From positions 26,970,001-27,034,000 of the forward strand of contig OZ024764.1 in NCBI GenBank assembly GCA_964016885.1: 64,000 nucleotides of DNA, read 5' to 3'. The stretch is from Eledone cirrhosa (lineage: Eukaryota). The notes beneath the pieces were generated by a model. That model was given only the letters and a program-made list of their open reading frames with translations. It did no database searches and was not told where the DNA came from. Position 1 is the first letter of the stretch, and every line of letters begins with the position of its first letter. This document shows, piece by piece, positions 37,701-50,760 of this stretch. The position numbers were made by a program, and so were the translations under genes.

Positions 37701-40700
37701 AATCCCTCACTTGTTTCATCTCTCTCAGAATTATTAGCCACAGGGGCAGAGATGTCCATAAAATTACATGTCAGAGTTATTAGCCACAGGGGCAGAGATG
37801 TCCATAACGTTACATGACAATTATTAGCCCCAAGGGCAGATATGTCCATAACATTACATGACAGAGTTTCATCTCGCGCTCTCTCTCTCTCGTTTCATCT
37901 CGCGCTCTCTCTCTTCCTCTCTCTCGTTTCATCTCGCTCTCTCTCTCTCTCGTTTCACCTCTGTCTTCCATCTCTCTCTTCCTCTCTCTCGTTCCATCTC
38001 ACTCTTCCTCTCTCTCATTTCATCTCTCTCTCTCGTTTCATCTCTATCTCTCTCTCTCGTTTCATCTGTCTCTCTCTCTGTCGTTTCATCTCCCTCTATC
38101 TCTCTCTCCCTCTCGTTTCATCTCGCTCTCTCTCTCCTGTTTCATCTCGCTCTCTCTCTCTCATGTTTCATCTCGCTCTCTCTCTCTCCTGTTTCATCTC
38201 GCTCTCTACTCTCGTTTCCTCTCTCTCTCCCTCCTGTTTCAGCTCGCTCTCTCTCTCTCATTTTATCTCGCTCTCTCTCTCTCATTTCATCTCGCTCTCT
38301 CTCTCTCGTTTCATCTCGCTCTCACTCTCTCGTTTCATCTCGCTCTCACTCTCTCGTTTCATCTCGCTCTCCCTGTCTCGTTTCATCTCGCTCACACTCT
38401 CTCATTTCATCTCGCTCTCTCTCTCTTCTTTCAACACTCTAATCCCTCACTTGTTTCATCTCTCTCAGAATTATTAGCCACAGGGGCAGAGATGTCCATA
38501 ACATTACATGTCAGAATCATTAGCCACAGGGACAGAGATGTCCATAACATTACATGACAGAATTATTAGCCACAGGGGCAGAGATGACCATAACATTACA
38601 TGACAATTATTAGCCACAGGGGCAGATATGTCAATAACATTACATGACAGAGTTTCATCTCGCGCTCTCTCTCTCTCTCGTTTCATCTTGCGCTCTCTCT
38701 CTCTCGTTTCCTCTCGCTCTCTCTCTCTCTCGTTTCATCTCTGTCTTCCTCTCTCTCGTTCCATCTCTCTCTTCCTCTCTCTCGTTCCATCTCTCTCTTC
38801 CTCTCTCTCGTTTCATCTGTCTCTCTCTCTGTCGTTTCATCTCGCGCTCTCTCTCTCTCGTTTCATCTCGCGCTCTCTCTCTCTCATTTCATCTCGCTCT
38901 CTCTCTCTCTCGTTTCATCTCTGTCTTCCTCTCTCTCTTCCTCTCTCTCGTTCCATCTCTCTCTTCCTCTCTCTCGTTTCATCTCTATCTCCCTCGTTTC
39001 ATCTCTCTCTCGCTCTCTCGTTTCATCTCTCTCTCCCTCTTGTTTCATCTCGCTCTCTCTCTTCTGTTTCATCTCGCTCTCTCTCTTCTGTTTCATCTCG
39101 CTCTCTACTCTCGTCTCCTCTCTGTCGTTTCCTCTCTGTCTCGTTTCATCTCGCTCTCCCTGTCTCATTTCATCTCGCTCTCTCTCTCTCTCTTCCTCTC
39201 TGTCTCTTGTTTCAACACTCTAATCCCTCACTTGTTTTATCTCTCTCTAATCCGTCACTTGTTTCATCTCTCTTAGAATTATTAGCCACAGGGGCAGAGA
39301 TGTCCATAACATTACATGTCAGAATTATTAGCCACAGGGCAGAGATGTCCATAACATTACATGTCAGAATTATTAGCCACAGGGCAGAGATGTCCATAAC
39401 ATTACATGTCAGAATTATTAGCCACAGGGGCAGAGATGTCCATAACATTACATGACAGAGTTTCATCTCGCTCTCTCTCTCTCTCGTTTCATCAGTGTCT
39501 TCCTCTCTCTCGTTCCATCTCTCTCTTGCTCTCTCTCGTTCCATCTCTATCTTCATCTCTCTCGTTTCATCTCTATCTCCCTCCTTTCATCTGTCTCTCT
39601 CTCTGTCGTTTCATCTCGCGCTCTCTCTCTCTCTCGTTTCATCTCGCGCTCTATCTCTCTTTCTCTCTCTCGTTTCATCTCTATCTCCCTCGTTTCATCT
39701 GTCTCTCGCTCTCTCGTTTCATCTCTCTCTCCCTCTCGTTTCATCTCGCTCTCTACTCTCGTTTCCTCTCTCTCGCGTTCCATCCCGCTCTCTCTCTCTC
39801 TCATTACATCTCGCTCTCTCTGTTTCGTTTCATCTCGCTCTCTCTCTCTCTCTCGTTTCATCTCGCTCTCACTCTCTCGTTTCATCTCGCTTCTCTCACT
39901 CTCGTGTTTCATCTCGCTCTCCCTGTCTCATTTCATCTCGCTCTCTCTCTCTCTTCCTCTCTCTCTCTTGTTTCAACACTCTAATCCCTCACTTGTTTTA
40001 TCTCTCTCTAATCCCTCACTTGTTTCATCTCTCTCAGAATTATTAGCCACAGGGGCAGAGATGTCCATAACACTACATGTCAGAATTATTAGCCACAGGG
40101 CAGAGATGTCCATAACATTACATGTCAGAATTATTAGCCACAGGGGCAGAGATGTCCATAACATTACATGACAGAATTATTAGCCACAGGGGCAGAGATG
40201 TCCATAACATTACATGTCAGAATTATTAGACACAGGGCAGAGATGTCCATAACATTACATGTCAGAATTATTAGCCACAGGGGCAGAGATGTCCATAACA
40301 TTACATGTCAGAATTATTAGCCACAGGGGCCGAGATGTCCATAACATTACATGAAAGAATTATTAGCCACAGGGGCAGAGATGTCCATAACATTACATGA
40401 CAGAATTATTAGCCACAGGGGCAGAGATGTCCATAACATTACATGACAATTATTAGCCCCAAGGGCAGATATGTCCATAACATTACATGACAGAGTTTCA
40501 TCTGGCGCTCTCTCTCTTCCTCTCTCTCGTTTCATCTCTGTCTTCCTCTCTCTCTTCCTCTCGCTCGTTCCATCTCTCTCTTCCTCTCTCTCGTTTCATC
40601 TCTATCTCCCTCCTTTCATCTGTCTCTCTCTCTGTCGTTTCATCTCGCGCTCTCTCTCTCTCGTTTCATCTCGCGCTCTCTCTCTCTCGTTTCATCTCGC

Positions 40701-41412
40701 GCTCTCTCTCTCTCGTTTCATCCCTCTCTTGTTTCATCTCTGTCTTCCTCTCTCTCGTTCCATCTCTCTCTTCCTCTCTCTCGTTTCATCTCTATCTCCC
40801 TCGTTTCATCTCTCTCTCCCTCTCGTTTCATCTCGCTCTCTCTCTCCTGTTTCATCTCGCTCTCTACTCTCGTTTCCTCACTCTCGTTTCCTCTCTCTCT
40901 CGTTTCCTCTCTGTCTCGTTCCATCCCGCTCTCTCTCTCTCTCATTACATCTCGCTCTCTCTGTCTCGTTTCATCTCGCTCTCTCTCTCTCTCGTTTCAT
41001 CTCGCTCTCACTCTCTCGTTTCATCTCGCTTCTCTCACTCTCGCGTTTCATCTCGCTCTCCCTGTCTCATTTCATCTCGCTCTCTCTCTCTCTTCCTCTC
41101 TCTCTCTTGTTTCAACACTCTAATCCCTCACTTGTTTTATCTCTCTCTAATCCCCCACGTGTTTCATCTCTCTCAGAATTATTAGCCACAGGGGCAGAGA
41201 TGTCCATAACATTACATGTCAGAATTATTAGCCACAGGGCAGAGATGTCCATAACATTACATGTCAGAATTATTAACCACAGGGGCAGAGATGTCCATAA
41301 CATAACATGACAGAATTATTAGCCACAGGGGCAGAGATGTCCATAACATTACATGACAGAATTATTAGCCACAGGGGCAGATATGTCCATAACATTACAT
41401 GACAGAGTTTCA
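31728..41412 (-). repeat. Composite satellite, inverted (pyrimidine-strand) arm: 10 CT-rich blocks with shorter 46-bp arrays
   Basis: Reverse-complement monomers AGAATTATTAGCCACAGGGGCAGAGATGTCCATAACATTACATGAC and GTTTCATCTC(GC)(TC)n. Confidence 0.97.
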
Positions 41413-41574
41413 TCTGGTTGGAGTAATAACAGTCTTGTTTATGTATATACACACATATATACATATATATGTTTGTTCTTGTATTTCTATAGAAAAGGTA
41501 AAGAAAAGAAGAATGCTCTATGTATTGTACAGAGCTATTTAATTACATAATAAACAACAGAATATAATTATTCC

Positions 41575-43782
41575 ATGCAAATAGACTTAGAATGGAAAAC
41601 ATTCAGACAGAGAAGAATGGATAATGAGCGTCGTAAGAGAAATTGGCCAACAATTAATATTAATGGAAATCTAGAAGAATTTCATATTAGTGATATGAAT
41701 GTTTCGTGTGATCACTGTGAAGCTTTGAAATTTAGAAATGAAAATTGTAACTGTTGTAATAAAGGAAAGGTTGTGTTGCCTCCATTGCAAATATACCCCG
41801 AGAGACTGAGAAATCTCTTTGAAAGAGGCCAGGAAGCAGTTGATTTCACAGAAACGTCTGCAATTAAAACTACATTTATTTCACTTCATTTGGTGTTACC
41901 ACCCGGCAGAGGCCCGTATAGCTTTCATATTCAGGGTCAAACATATCAATACACCCCCATCCAAATAATTGTTTCTGGCACAAGGCCAGCAATTACTGGT
42001 ACTTTATTCTATCGACCTCATAAGGATGAAAACAAAGTCAACCTTGGAGGGATTTGAACCCAGAACGTAAAGGGCCATAACCCTATGCTGCAAAGCATGG
42101 TGTCTGACGCTCTACCGATACTGCCAATCCACCGCCCTAGTACCAACAAATAATGAGTGCTCACCACAAAAAATGGCTATGATAAGAGAGGTGTTGCGTG
42201 ATGTAATCCATATGTCGAAGTGTACAATACAATGCATGGCATCAAACAGCAAAGTGCAAGAAGAGAAAATTGTTGTGTACAGAACTGTAAATTAAGATTT
42301 AGAAGAGGATCAGATATGAGCTGCTATAATTTACCAACTAGTAATGATAGCTGTTGTTTTGTGGGGGATTGAGGGCAGACCACCTGTACAAAGAGATATT
42401 ATCATCTTTCCTAAAGACCATCCTCCTCAGAATATATCACATAATTCATGCCACTTGGACCTCATGACCAACCCATAATGGTGAATTTTGGTGGCATAGT
42501 GACATGGAGAGGAATGCAGGACCTGTGTTTGCAATAGACTGACAATGCAGGAGTATTACATATACAGTATAGCATATAGAGGAGGATTTAGTGCGATATA
42601 TAGGGCAGGTAAATTATTTTAGCAGTATTTAGTGGAAGCCTATATGAAAGTAGGGGGATGCAGGCTTCAATATTTGAGGAACAATCAAGCCCAATTGTGA
42701 GTGGATGAGTATAATGGTTTAATGAATTATCTAAACAGATGATAACACTGAGCCTTAAGAAATGAAGACAAGATAAGAAACAGAGAAGACATTGACAGAA
42801 TCGTGTCAGCAGAAATACCTGCATTGGAAGATGATCAAGTACTACATGAGCAGGTTTAAAAGTTTATGATACACGGGCCATGTGGTTCTGGAAACCCTTT
42901 TCCCCCATTTATACAAAATGGATTTTTCCAAAAGAACTATCCAAAAACCTACAGAAGGGAAACATTATTGAACCTAAATGGATACCCAGAGTACAGGAGG
43001 TGCAAGACAGGAACTGCAGTGTAAATTGGATGACATTCAGTAGATAACAGGAATGTTGTGCCACTTAATGCCTTTTTGCTTAAGAAATATTGTGCACATA
43101 TTAATGTTGAAGTTTGCGCTTCTGTAAAAAGTGTCAAGTACCTCTTTAAATATGTTACATGGGGCATGATTGTACATCTATAGAAGTAACGAATAATGCA
43201 TTACCTAATGAGGCTCAGAACCAACACAACCATGATGAAATAAGAACCTATCTTTGTTGCAGGTATGTGTCTCAGCCAGAAGCAGTGTTGTGTCTCTCAG
43301 AATTTAAGCTTCATGGTACATCACATACAGTATACAGCCTAGCCACACACCTGGAGAACAAACAGAGTTTACTTTCAAAGAGGCAATGCTTACACCTTCT
43401 GGGATGCCGCCTCACTAACTCCAATTAAAAGCAGGATCAATAATAATGCTTCTATGGAATATTTCAATCCAGAACAGATTATTTTATTGGCACAAGATTA
43501 GAAGTAGTGGAACTGCATAAACATTTTATCGAAGCTTCTCATATCTATGGTCCTTTGATGGGCAGGTGTGTTTTGATCCGAAGACTGAAGTTAGTTCCCA
43601 GTGGTGCCAACATCCCTTTTACTTTGGAAAGACCCCAGTTTCCATTAAGACTGTCATATGCCATGACAATCAACAAGAACCATGGTCAAATACATGATAA
43701 AGTGGGTCTGTTCCTCCCTGAGCAAGTATTTAACCCTGGACAATTGTATGTTGCTTTTTCAAGAGTTCACAGACAGATGTAA
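41575..43782 (+). pseudogene. Internally deleted Helitron RepHel, uninterrupted by the satellite, with extra small deletions
   Basis: Joins the 5' (ZnF) and 3' (Rep/helicase) parts via GGCATCAAACAGC at ~42238; SINE at ~41975-42137. Confidence 0.9.
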
Positions 43783-44669
43783 AAATTAATCCTAGCAAAC
43801 CCCCACCACTCCTACAACTGTTAGCTGTTAGACCACCCCCAGCACCACCCAACCTCCGTTCTAGTCCCACCGTTAGAACCAATGCTGCTTACCCTGCCTC
43901 TTTTACTAGTTCACTCCTTCGCTCGAATTTCAAAGCTGGCCCTCTACACTTGGTCGTGCTCTCTGTGTCCGCACTAGCCGGTACCTAAACACAATAAAAT
44001 GTCACCTGTGCTACCAAAACTACCACAGGAACTCTGTCGGCATCAGCAAGGCTCAAGCCGAAAGGCTTCAATACTAGACCTGTAATCAGGGCCACTTTAC
44101 CTCCGACGACCAGCTTTCTACCGATTGTGTGTTGATGGAGGGGACATGAGACCAGCAAAGTCCTAGGAGTAGAGACTAGTAAATAATAAACGGTCCTAGC
44201 TATGTTAAGAAGACAAGAGAAATAAATATTTACCTCTTTCATGTAGGTAATATAGCGGTGTTATAAAAGTAATTATACGACCGGTGTAACAGTCGGTATA
44301 AATGAAAGATGTAGAAATGAAAGTTGCAACAATGACATGAATAAATATACAGTAATTTAATATGAGCAAGAATAAATATTTAATGGAATTAATTAAGTGT
44401 AATTTAATAAGAAATAAGAAATAAGTAAAACAGTAAAAGAAACAATAACAAACAAAATGGAGTCACATAAAATTTGGTTTATCTTTATAAAGCTTATTTT
44501 AAACGCGATTTTCCTTTTAAATCCGTAGCTCCGCTTACTAACCTTAGGGCTGTAACGTTACATGGTTCGAATCTTACACTCTTCTCTATAGTGCCACACG
44601 AGTTATCTCCTAGTCTTTTTATATGGTTTCACTGTTTAGTGAAAGAGGGCGCTACGAACAGTTACTTAT

Positions 44670-44750
44670 GTAGATGGGTGGTTAGCGATTCGGCTTACAA
44701 ACATTAGCATCATGACGTTACATGGGTTCGAACCCTTCCGGCGCCTCAAT
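44670..44750 (+). mobile_element. tRNA-related SINE head
   Basis: A-box-like GATGGGTGGTTAGCG and B box GGGTTCGAACCC; a second degenerate head at ~44520-44580 (GGTTCGAATC). Confidence 0.45.
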
Positions 44751-45557
44751 TTTTCAAATAGAGTTATCACCCATGGTTCTTTAGAGTTTCATTGCTTACT
44801 CGAAAGATGGCGCGGGGATCATCTTTTACGATGAGTAGTAAGAGACAATAATACATGGAAGGAGGAGAAATAGAGAGAGATAGAAAGACGAATGTGTCAC
44901 ACACTCAATTCTCTCACCCTCTCTTTACTTTTATTACTCTATCTACCTCTACTTTCTCACCCTCTCTTTTCTTCTATTACACTTTCTTCCTCGTATTTCT
45001 CACCCTCTCTTTATTTCTATTACTCTATCTACCTCATATTTCTCACCTTATCTTTACTTCTTTTATTCTTTCTTCTTTGTATTTCTCACCCTCTATCTAT
45101 CTCTTATTTCTCATCTCTCTTTACTTCTGACAGAGTGATAGATGTAAAGAGAAGGTGAGAAATAAGAGGTTGATAGATTTGGCTGTTATTTTTAACATTT
45201 TCTAATCATATGAGAGAGAGAGAGAGAGTATAAGATATATAGAGAGGGGGAAATCGCCGATGTTTACGTTGAGAAAACCTTATAAAATGTTATAAATGGG
45301 TTTATAAAGAACAGAATGAGATAAACAAGACAAAGACAGATAAAATAAAATCAGCGATTTATTTATAATATTTTAATATATTTTTCCTGGTCGTCTGCTT
45401 CCATTGATAGAGAGAGGAGTGGTGGGAGGTAGCCATAACAACCGTGGTAGCAACACTGTGGTTTTTAAAGAAGTGAATACAAGAAAAACTAAACAAGCAA
45501 CAAATTTAATTTACTAAAATTAGTTTAAACATCTAAATCTTAAGAATATTAAATCTC

Positions 45558-45773
45558 TTACCCCTTTAGCATTCACATTACTCTATATATACTATTGTAT
45601 TTTCACAGTAACGGCTTTATCTCACATAATATCGAATCTATGAGATTTCGATATTATTTATTTTCAGAACAATACTTTAACATCAGTATGAGTGGTTAAT
45701 TAGGGCTGGTTTGAACAGAAAGAGGTGAGAGAATTCTGGCCGGTTACAGCTGGTTTTAATGCTAAGGGGTTAA
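45558..45773. mobile_element. piggyBac-like MITE (~215 bp)
   Basis: Ends TTACCCCTTTAGCATT and AATGCTAAGGGGTTAA: CCC..GGG TIRs, TTAA intact on the right. Confidence 0.7.
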
Positions 45774-45774
45774 G

Positions 45775-48030
45775 CCCTTCAAGATGTGTATGACGAGAAA
45801 GAAGCCGTTTTAGAATCGTATGACATAGATAATAACTGGAATTTCTTATGTGACAACTTACTGCAGGCTGCTGAAGACACTTGTGGCTGGAGCAGAGCTC
45901 CGACCAGACAGAGAGTGACCTGGTGGTGGGACAACACGGTAGATAAGGCCATTAGAGACAAAAGACTAGCATGGAACACTTGGATAAATGGTGGGAGTAG
46001 AGACCGATGCACAGCCGCTAAGAAAGAAGCTAGACGTCAGGTGTACTTAGCACGCAGGGAGGCTGAGAATAGGAGGGTTGCCAATGTTCTGTGACGGGAA
46101 GATCAAAGACGTGCAGTGTTCCGCATTGCAAGCCAGTGTGTCAGTGTAAATCGGGATGTTGTTGGAGATAAATGTGTCCGGAATGATGCTGGTGTACTCA
46201 GTGTCAATAATGATCAGAAAAAGGAGGCCTGGAAATGCCATTATGAGAGGCTGATGAATGTAGAGAATGAATGGGAGAGAGAGAAACTACCCACATTTGA
46301 CCGAACAGAGGGACCAGCTATTGAGATTGTTGACTATAGGGTCAAAGAGGCAATTAAAAAAAGGAAAAATGGTAAGGCAGCTGGACCATCAGGGATAGTT
46401 GCTGAGATGCTGAAGGCATGAGGAGAAGTAGGTACTAAACTGGTTGCAAGCATAATCAATCAAGCTATATATGGCGGAGTCATACCCAAAGACTGGTGCA
46501 GCAGTATTCTCATAAATTGCTACAAAGGTAAAGGGGATGCTCTGGAGAGGATCAATTATAGAGGCAGAAAACTGATGGATCAGGTTATGAAAGTGGCAGA
46601 AAGGATATTAGAGCAACTAATTAGAGAAAGAGTCAAACTAGATGAGATGCAGTTTGGTTTTGTGCCTGGGAAAAGTACAACCGATGCCCTCTTCTTAGAG
46701 AAGAATAAGCCATTATACTTAGCTTTTGTTGACCTAGAGAAAGCCTTTGATAGTGTACCCCAGTCTGTCATCTGGTGATCCCTAAGGAAACTAGGTGTTG
46801 AGGAATGGCTTGTGAGGACAGTACAAGCTTTGTACAGAGGTACTGTCTGTAAAGTGAGGGTAGGAATGGAGTTTAGTGAGGAATTCCAGATACAAGGAGG
46901 AGTCCATCAGAGTTCGGTCCTCAGCCCGCTCTTCTTCATTATAGTCCTCCAAGCCATAACAGAGGAGTTTAAGACTAGCTGCCCATGGGAACTTCTCTAT
47001 ACTGACAATCTGGTTTTTATAGCAGAATCAGTAGAGGAGCTAGAGAATAAATTCTGGCTATGGAAACAGCAGTTGGAATTAAGAGGACTGAGAGTGAACC
47101 CAGCTAAAACAAAAGTGTTGATAAGTAGAAAAAAGGACAAAACTCTGATGGCCATGTTCGATATGCAGAAAAGGAACTGGCATACATTCTATAAAATGTA
47201 CACAATGCAGATCTTGGGTACACACGAGATGTAGTGGGATAGCAGGCAAACTAACAGGTAGGGAAAACTACGTATGCAGTAGATGTACAGGGAAATTTGA
47301 CAGTAGAAGTTGCATTGATAGACACATTTTTCAAATGCAAGTTGGTTCTATAAAAGTGGTTGATAGCTTCAGTACCTAGGTGATCAGATTAGTATGGGAG
47401 GGGGGGGGGTTTCCGAGGCCATAGTATCTAGAATAAGGACGGGCTGGAAGAAGTTTAGGGAGCTGCCTCCTCTGGTGACAAAGAGGGTTTCTCCCTGCAT
47501 ACAAAAGGTTGGTTGTTTGATGCCTGTGTGAGATGCACAATGTTGCATGGTAGTGAGACATGGGCAGCAACTGCAGAGGATATGCGAAGGCTGAAGAGAA
47601 ATGAAGCAAGCATGCTCCATTGGATGTGCAATGTCAATGTGCGTGAAAGACCAAGCATGGACGAGTTGAGAGTGAAACTCTATAAGAAGGATAAACTGCA
47701 GTGTGCGGGAGAAAAGACTGCGTTGGTATGGCCATGCGATGCGTATGCAGGATTACCGCAGGGTGAAGAAGTGCCAAGTAATCCCAGTGGGAGGAATATG
47801 CAGTAGAGGAAGACCAAGGAAGATATGGGCAGAGGTAGTGAGAGCTGACCTCAGATCGTTGAAGCTCAGAGGAGATGATGAAGGAGAGATGCTGCGCTGA
47901 AGAGGATCTGTCCCACCCTTATAAGCAGGGAAAAGTGGATGTATAATGATGATGATATATATATATGTCCCACCCTTGCAAACAGGGAAAAGCAGACGTA
48001 AAATGAAAATGATGATATATATATAGATAG
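45775..48030 (+). mobile_element. 5'-truncated RTE-clade LINE; reverse transcriptase pseudogene plus 3' tail
   Basis: TWWWD, GKAAGPSGIVAEMLKA, YKGKGDALE..NYRG.KLM, QFGFVPGKST.DA, LAFVDLEKAFD, GVHQ.SVLSPL.F, LLYTDNL (decayed YADD), YLGD, HGSETW, RLRWYGH, RGRPRK; stops and frameshifts; duplicated GGAAAAG..(ATG)n tail. Confidence 0.93.
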
Positions 48031-48043
48031 ATAGATAGATATG

Positions 48044-48078
<35 letters not shown>

Positions 48079-48439
48079 TTATACTTATACGTCATGGTGG
48101 CTACAGGTGCCAAGAGGAAGAAGCCGGACAATCCTCTGATATTTGTTTATCTTCCTTTCCTTCGTGGGCCGCGGTACCCGGGTTTGTGGCCGAAGCGACC
48201 AAGTTGAAATCGGCCACCGGTGGTTGATATCACCAGGTTAGGAAACCCTGGTTTAGTCGCTCCAGTTATTACTTCGTTAGACATAGTAATTGAAATTAAA
48301 GCCTAAAGGTGTACTAAAGCCACAAACGTTTTTCTATCTATGAATTATTAGTGGTGTAAACAGATGAATTAAAGTCAAAGCTAACAAATATATCACCAAG
48401 AAGAATATCTAAGGATTTCCAAAGTGTAAAGTCAGCTCA

Positions 48440-48650
48440 AGCCTGGAGACTTATCAAGCAGGTGCCTGTCCCAGTTCCTCTAGCGTAAAGGGACTGAGAG
48501 TACATGACTTCCCCCTGGACATGATGTCAGTCCATCGCAGGGTTAACCCCCCACCTATGTGAAATTAAGTTTTTGCTCAAGTAAAACAACTAACAACACG
48601 GTCCAGGAATCGAATACACATATGATCGTAAGACCACGGGCCTCCACTAT
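48440..48650 (-). mobile_element. Degenerate tRNA-derived SINE (different family)
   Basis: CCCCTGGA..GTCAGTCCATCGCAGGGTTAACCCC..TTGCTCAAG..CAAC..CCAGGAATCGAA (B box on the minus strand). Confidence 0.55.
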
Positions 48651-48944
48651 CGAAGGATCTACCCTTCATTAAAGAATAAATTAGACTTATGCTTACATCG
48701 CCGACATAATTATGGTCGGAAAGGACATTACTGAAAATAAGGAATGAACAACTAAAGGAAGACAGAAACGGTCCCTCCTATCTGAAATATTAAGGAAGGA
48801 ATCTACACAGGAGGGCCCATCTTCCTACCAAAAGAATTATTTTAACAAGCCTACATCCTACTGAGCCAAAGAAAGGGGCCTCATAACTAGAACATGCTTC
48901 ATTTGTCCTAAATACGGAGCTGACTTTACATATAATTATATATA

Positions 48945-49731
48945 TGTATATATATATAGTATGTGTGTGTGTGTATGAAGATGTATGACCCCTAGCAAGC
49001 CAAACTACAGTTACTCCCCAACATGGATAGCAAATTAAAACATTACCTGTTAGAGACAAACGTGAAATGATTTGTTAGTGAACTACCGGTGTAACAGTAA
49101 TTATGTTACCGGTGTAACTATTTCTGTTTACCTTATTTTTAAATGACACTCCTATATTAGTTTAGTGACCTTTCAATTCAAATAAATTCTTGATGATGAT
49201 TGAACTCGCATCGGAGTAGCCCAACGCCTTGGCCTCCGCGTGTGTGAGCCACATAAATGCTCTCAACGACATAGTGAGAAGAAGCCTGGACGCAGCTGAA
49301 TTTCCATCTCAACTGGAGCCAGCAGGCCTAGGCCGCGGAGATGGCAAGCACCCCGAGGGAATCACCCTCTTCCCATTCGAAGGAGGTAGATCCACAAACC
49401 CCAGCATCGCTGCCCGTCTCGCAGATGAACATAAAATAAACAAATTCCGGTGTTTGTCCTGGAGCCTCTTCTAAGCACCAGCCGCCGTCGAGACCCCGGG
49501 CCAACTTGGACCCATTACAGCGCGAGCTCCTCCGCAACATCGCAGTGTCTGTGGCCCGTCTGAGGATGGAGTCCCACGAGGTTGGATGCCTGTTGCAGCA
49601 GGTGTCACTGTCCTTACATATATATACGTAAATGTTCCCTTGACTGCTATTTCTAGCATATATTAATAGACACTTTAGAAACAGCAGCTAAAAATCAAGA
49701 AACAACAGTGTGTGTCTGTATATATATACAC

Positions 49732-49790
<59 letters not shown>

Positions 49791-49874
49791 AGCCAAAGAC
49801 ACGCACACACGCACATACACATACACACAGGTGTATGTCTGCGTGTATGTATATATATGTGTGTGTCTTTTCGT

Positions 49875-49917
<43 letters not shown>

Positions 49918-50537
49918 CAGTGATCCCCCTCGCAACCTTTAATTAAACAAACCTGCGATGAGGCGATGATCAAAATAAACACCAAAGTGTAAACAAACAG
50001 CCCATAGGTGCTGCCGGATACACGATAACATGTGTAGACGAAGTAAAACTTTTATTACTGTAATATAAAGTAGAAACCCTTTATTTAAACAAAGCTGCGT
50101 GGCAGCGATGATCAAAACAAACTTCAAAGTGTAAACAAACCTCTCGTAGGTGCGGCCAGATACACGCTAACATGTGTATACGAAGTGTAACAGGGAGTTG
50201 GGTCGTATTATATGACTTTCAAATTGACCCCTATTATATTCAAATTATCCCCTGTGGGGCGTGCACCCCACGTTGAGAATCCCTCATAAATAAATATATG
50301 TGAGTGTGTTGCTATGACTGCTATTTCTAGCAGGTTTACTGCAGTCCTGTAGACGCACAACAAAAACCGGAAGTGGCAGCCATTAAAAAACTTTGGCTTA
50401 AAATCAGGCAAAAGTTTTTTAACAATTTGCCAAGAAAGATAACTCTTGTCTGACTTAATCGCAAAAATCGAGGCAAAAATTTTGCGGCTGTGCAGTTTGT
50501 TTGGTGTATTTGACTGCTATTTCTAGCATGTATGGAC
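48945..50537 (+). repeat. Third copy of the 4610-6203 module (CRE remnant 49232-49563, microsatellites, left arm of the foldback element)
   Basis: ORFs 49229, 49939 and 50208 are near-identical to 4892, 5644 and 5874. Confidence 0.93.
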
Positions 50538-50760
50538 GTATGTACGGTATAGGTGTATTTATATTTAGGATAGTTATCAAAGGTAAATAGACTGGTTGGA
50601 GTAATAACAGTCTTGTTTATGTATATACACACATATATATATATATATATATATATGTTTGTTCTTGTATTTCTATAGAAAAGGTAAAGAAAAGAAGAAT
50701 GCTCTATGTATTGTACAGAGCTATTTAATTACATAATAAACAACAGAATATAATTATTCC

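Noticed and set aside
13377-41310. Long S/L/F/H-rich and R/E-rich ORFs (up to 468 aa)
   Set aside because: Stop-poor translations of (CT)n/(GA)n satellite, open in several frames at once, with frame not conserved between repeat copies
14676-41408. 46-bp arrays as a CRISPR array
   Set aside because: Monomers are head-to-tail with only a few recurrent 5-6 nt variants; there are no unique spacers or cas genes, and the context is eukaryotic
31728-41412. Inverted arm as a long-read fold-back artefact
   Set aside because: The arm is not a mirror of the left arm (different subunit lengths and diagnostic variants) and exits into forward-oriented flank; read support should still be checked
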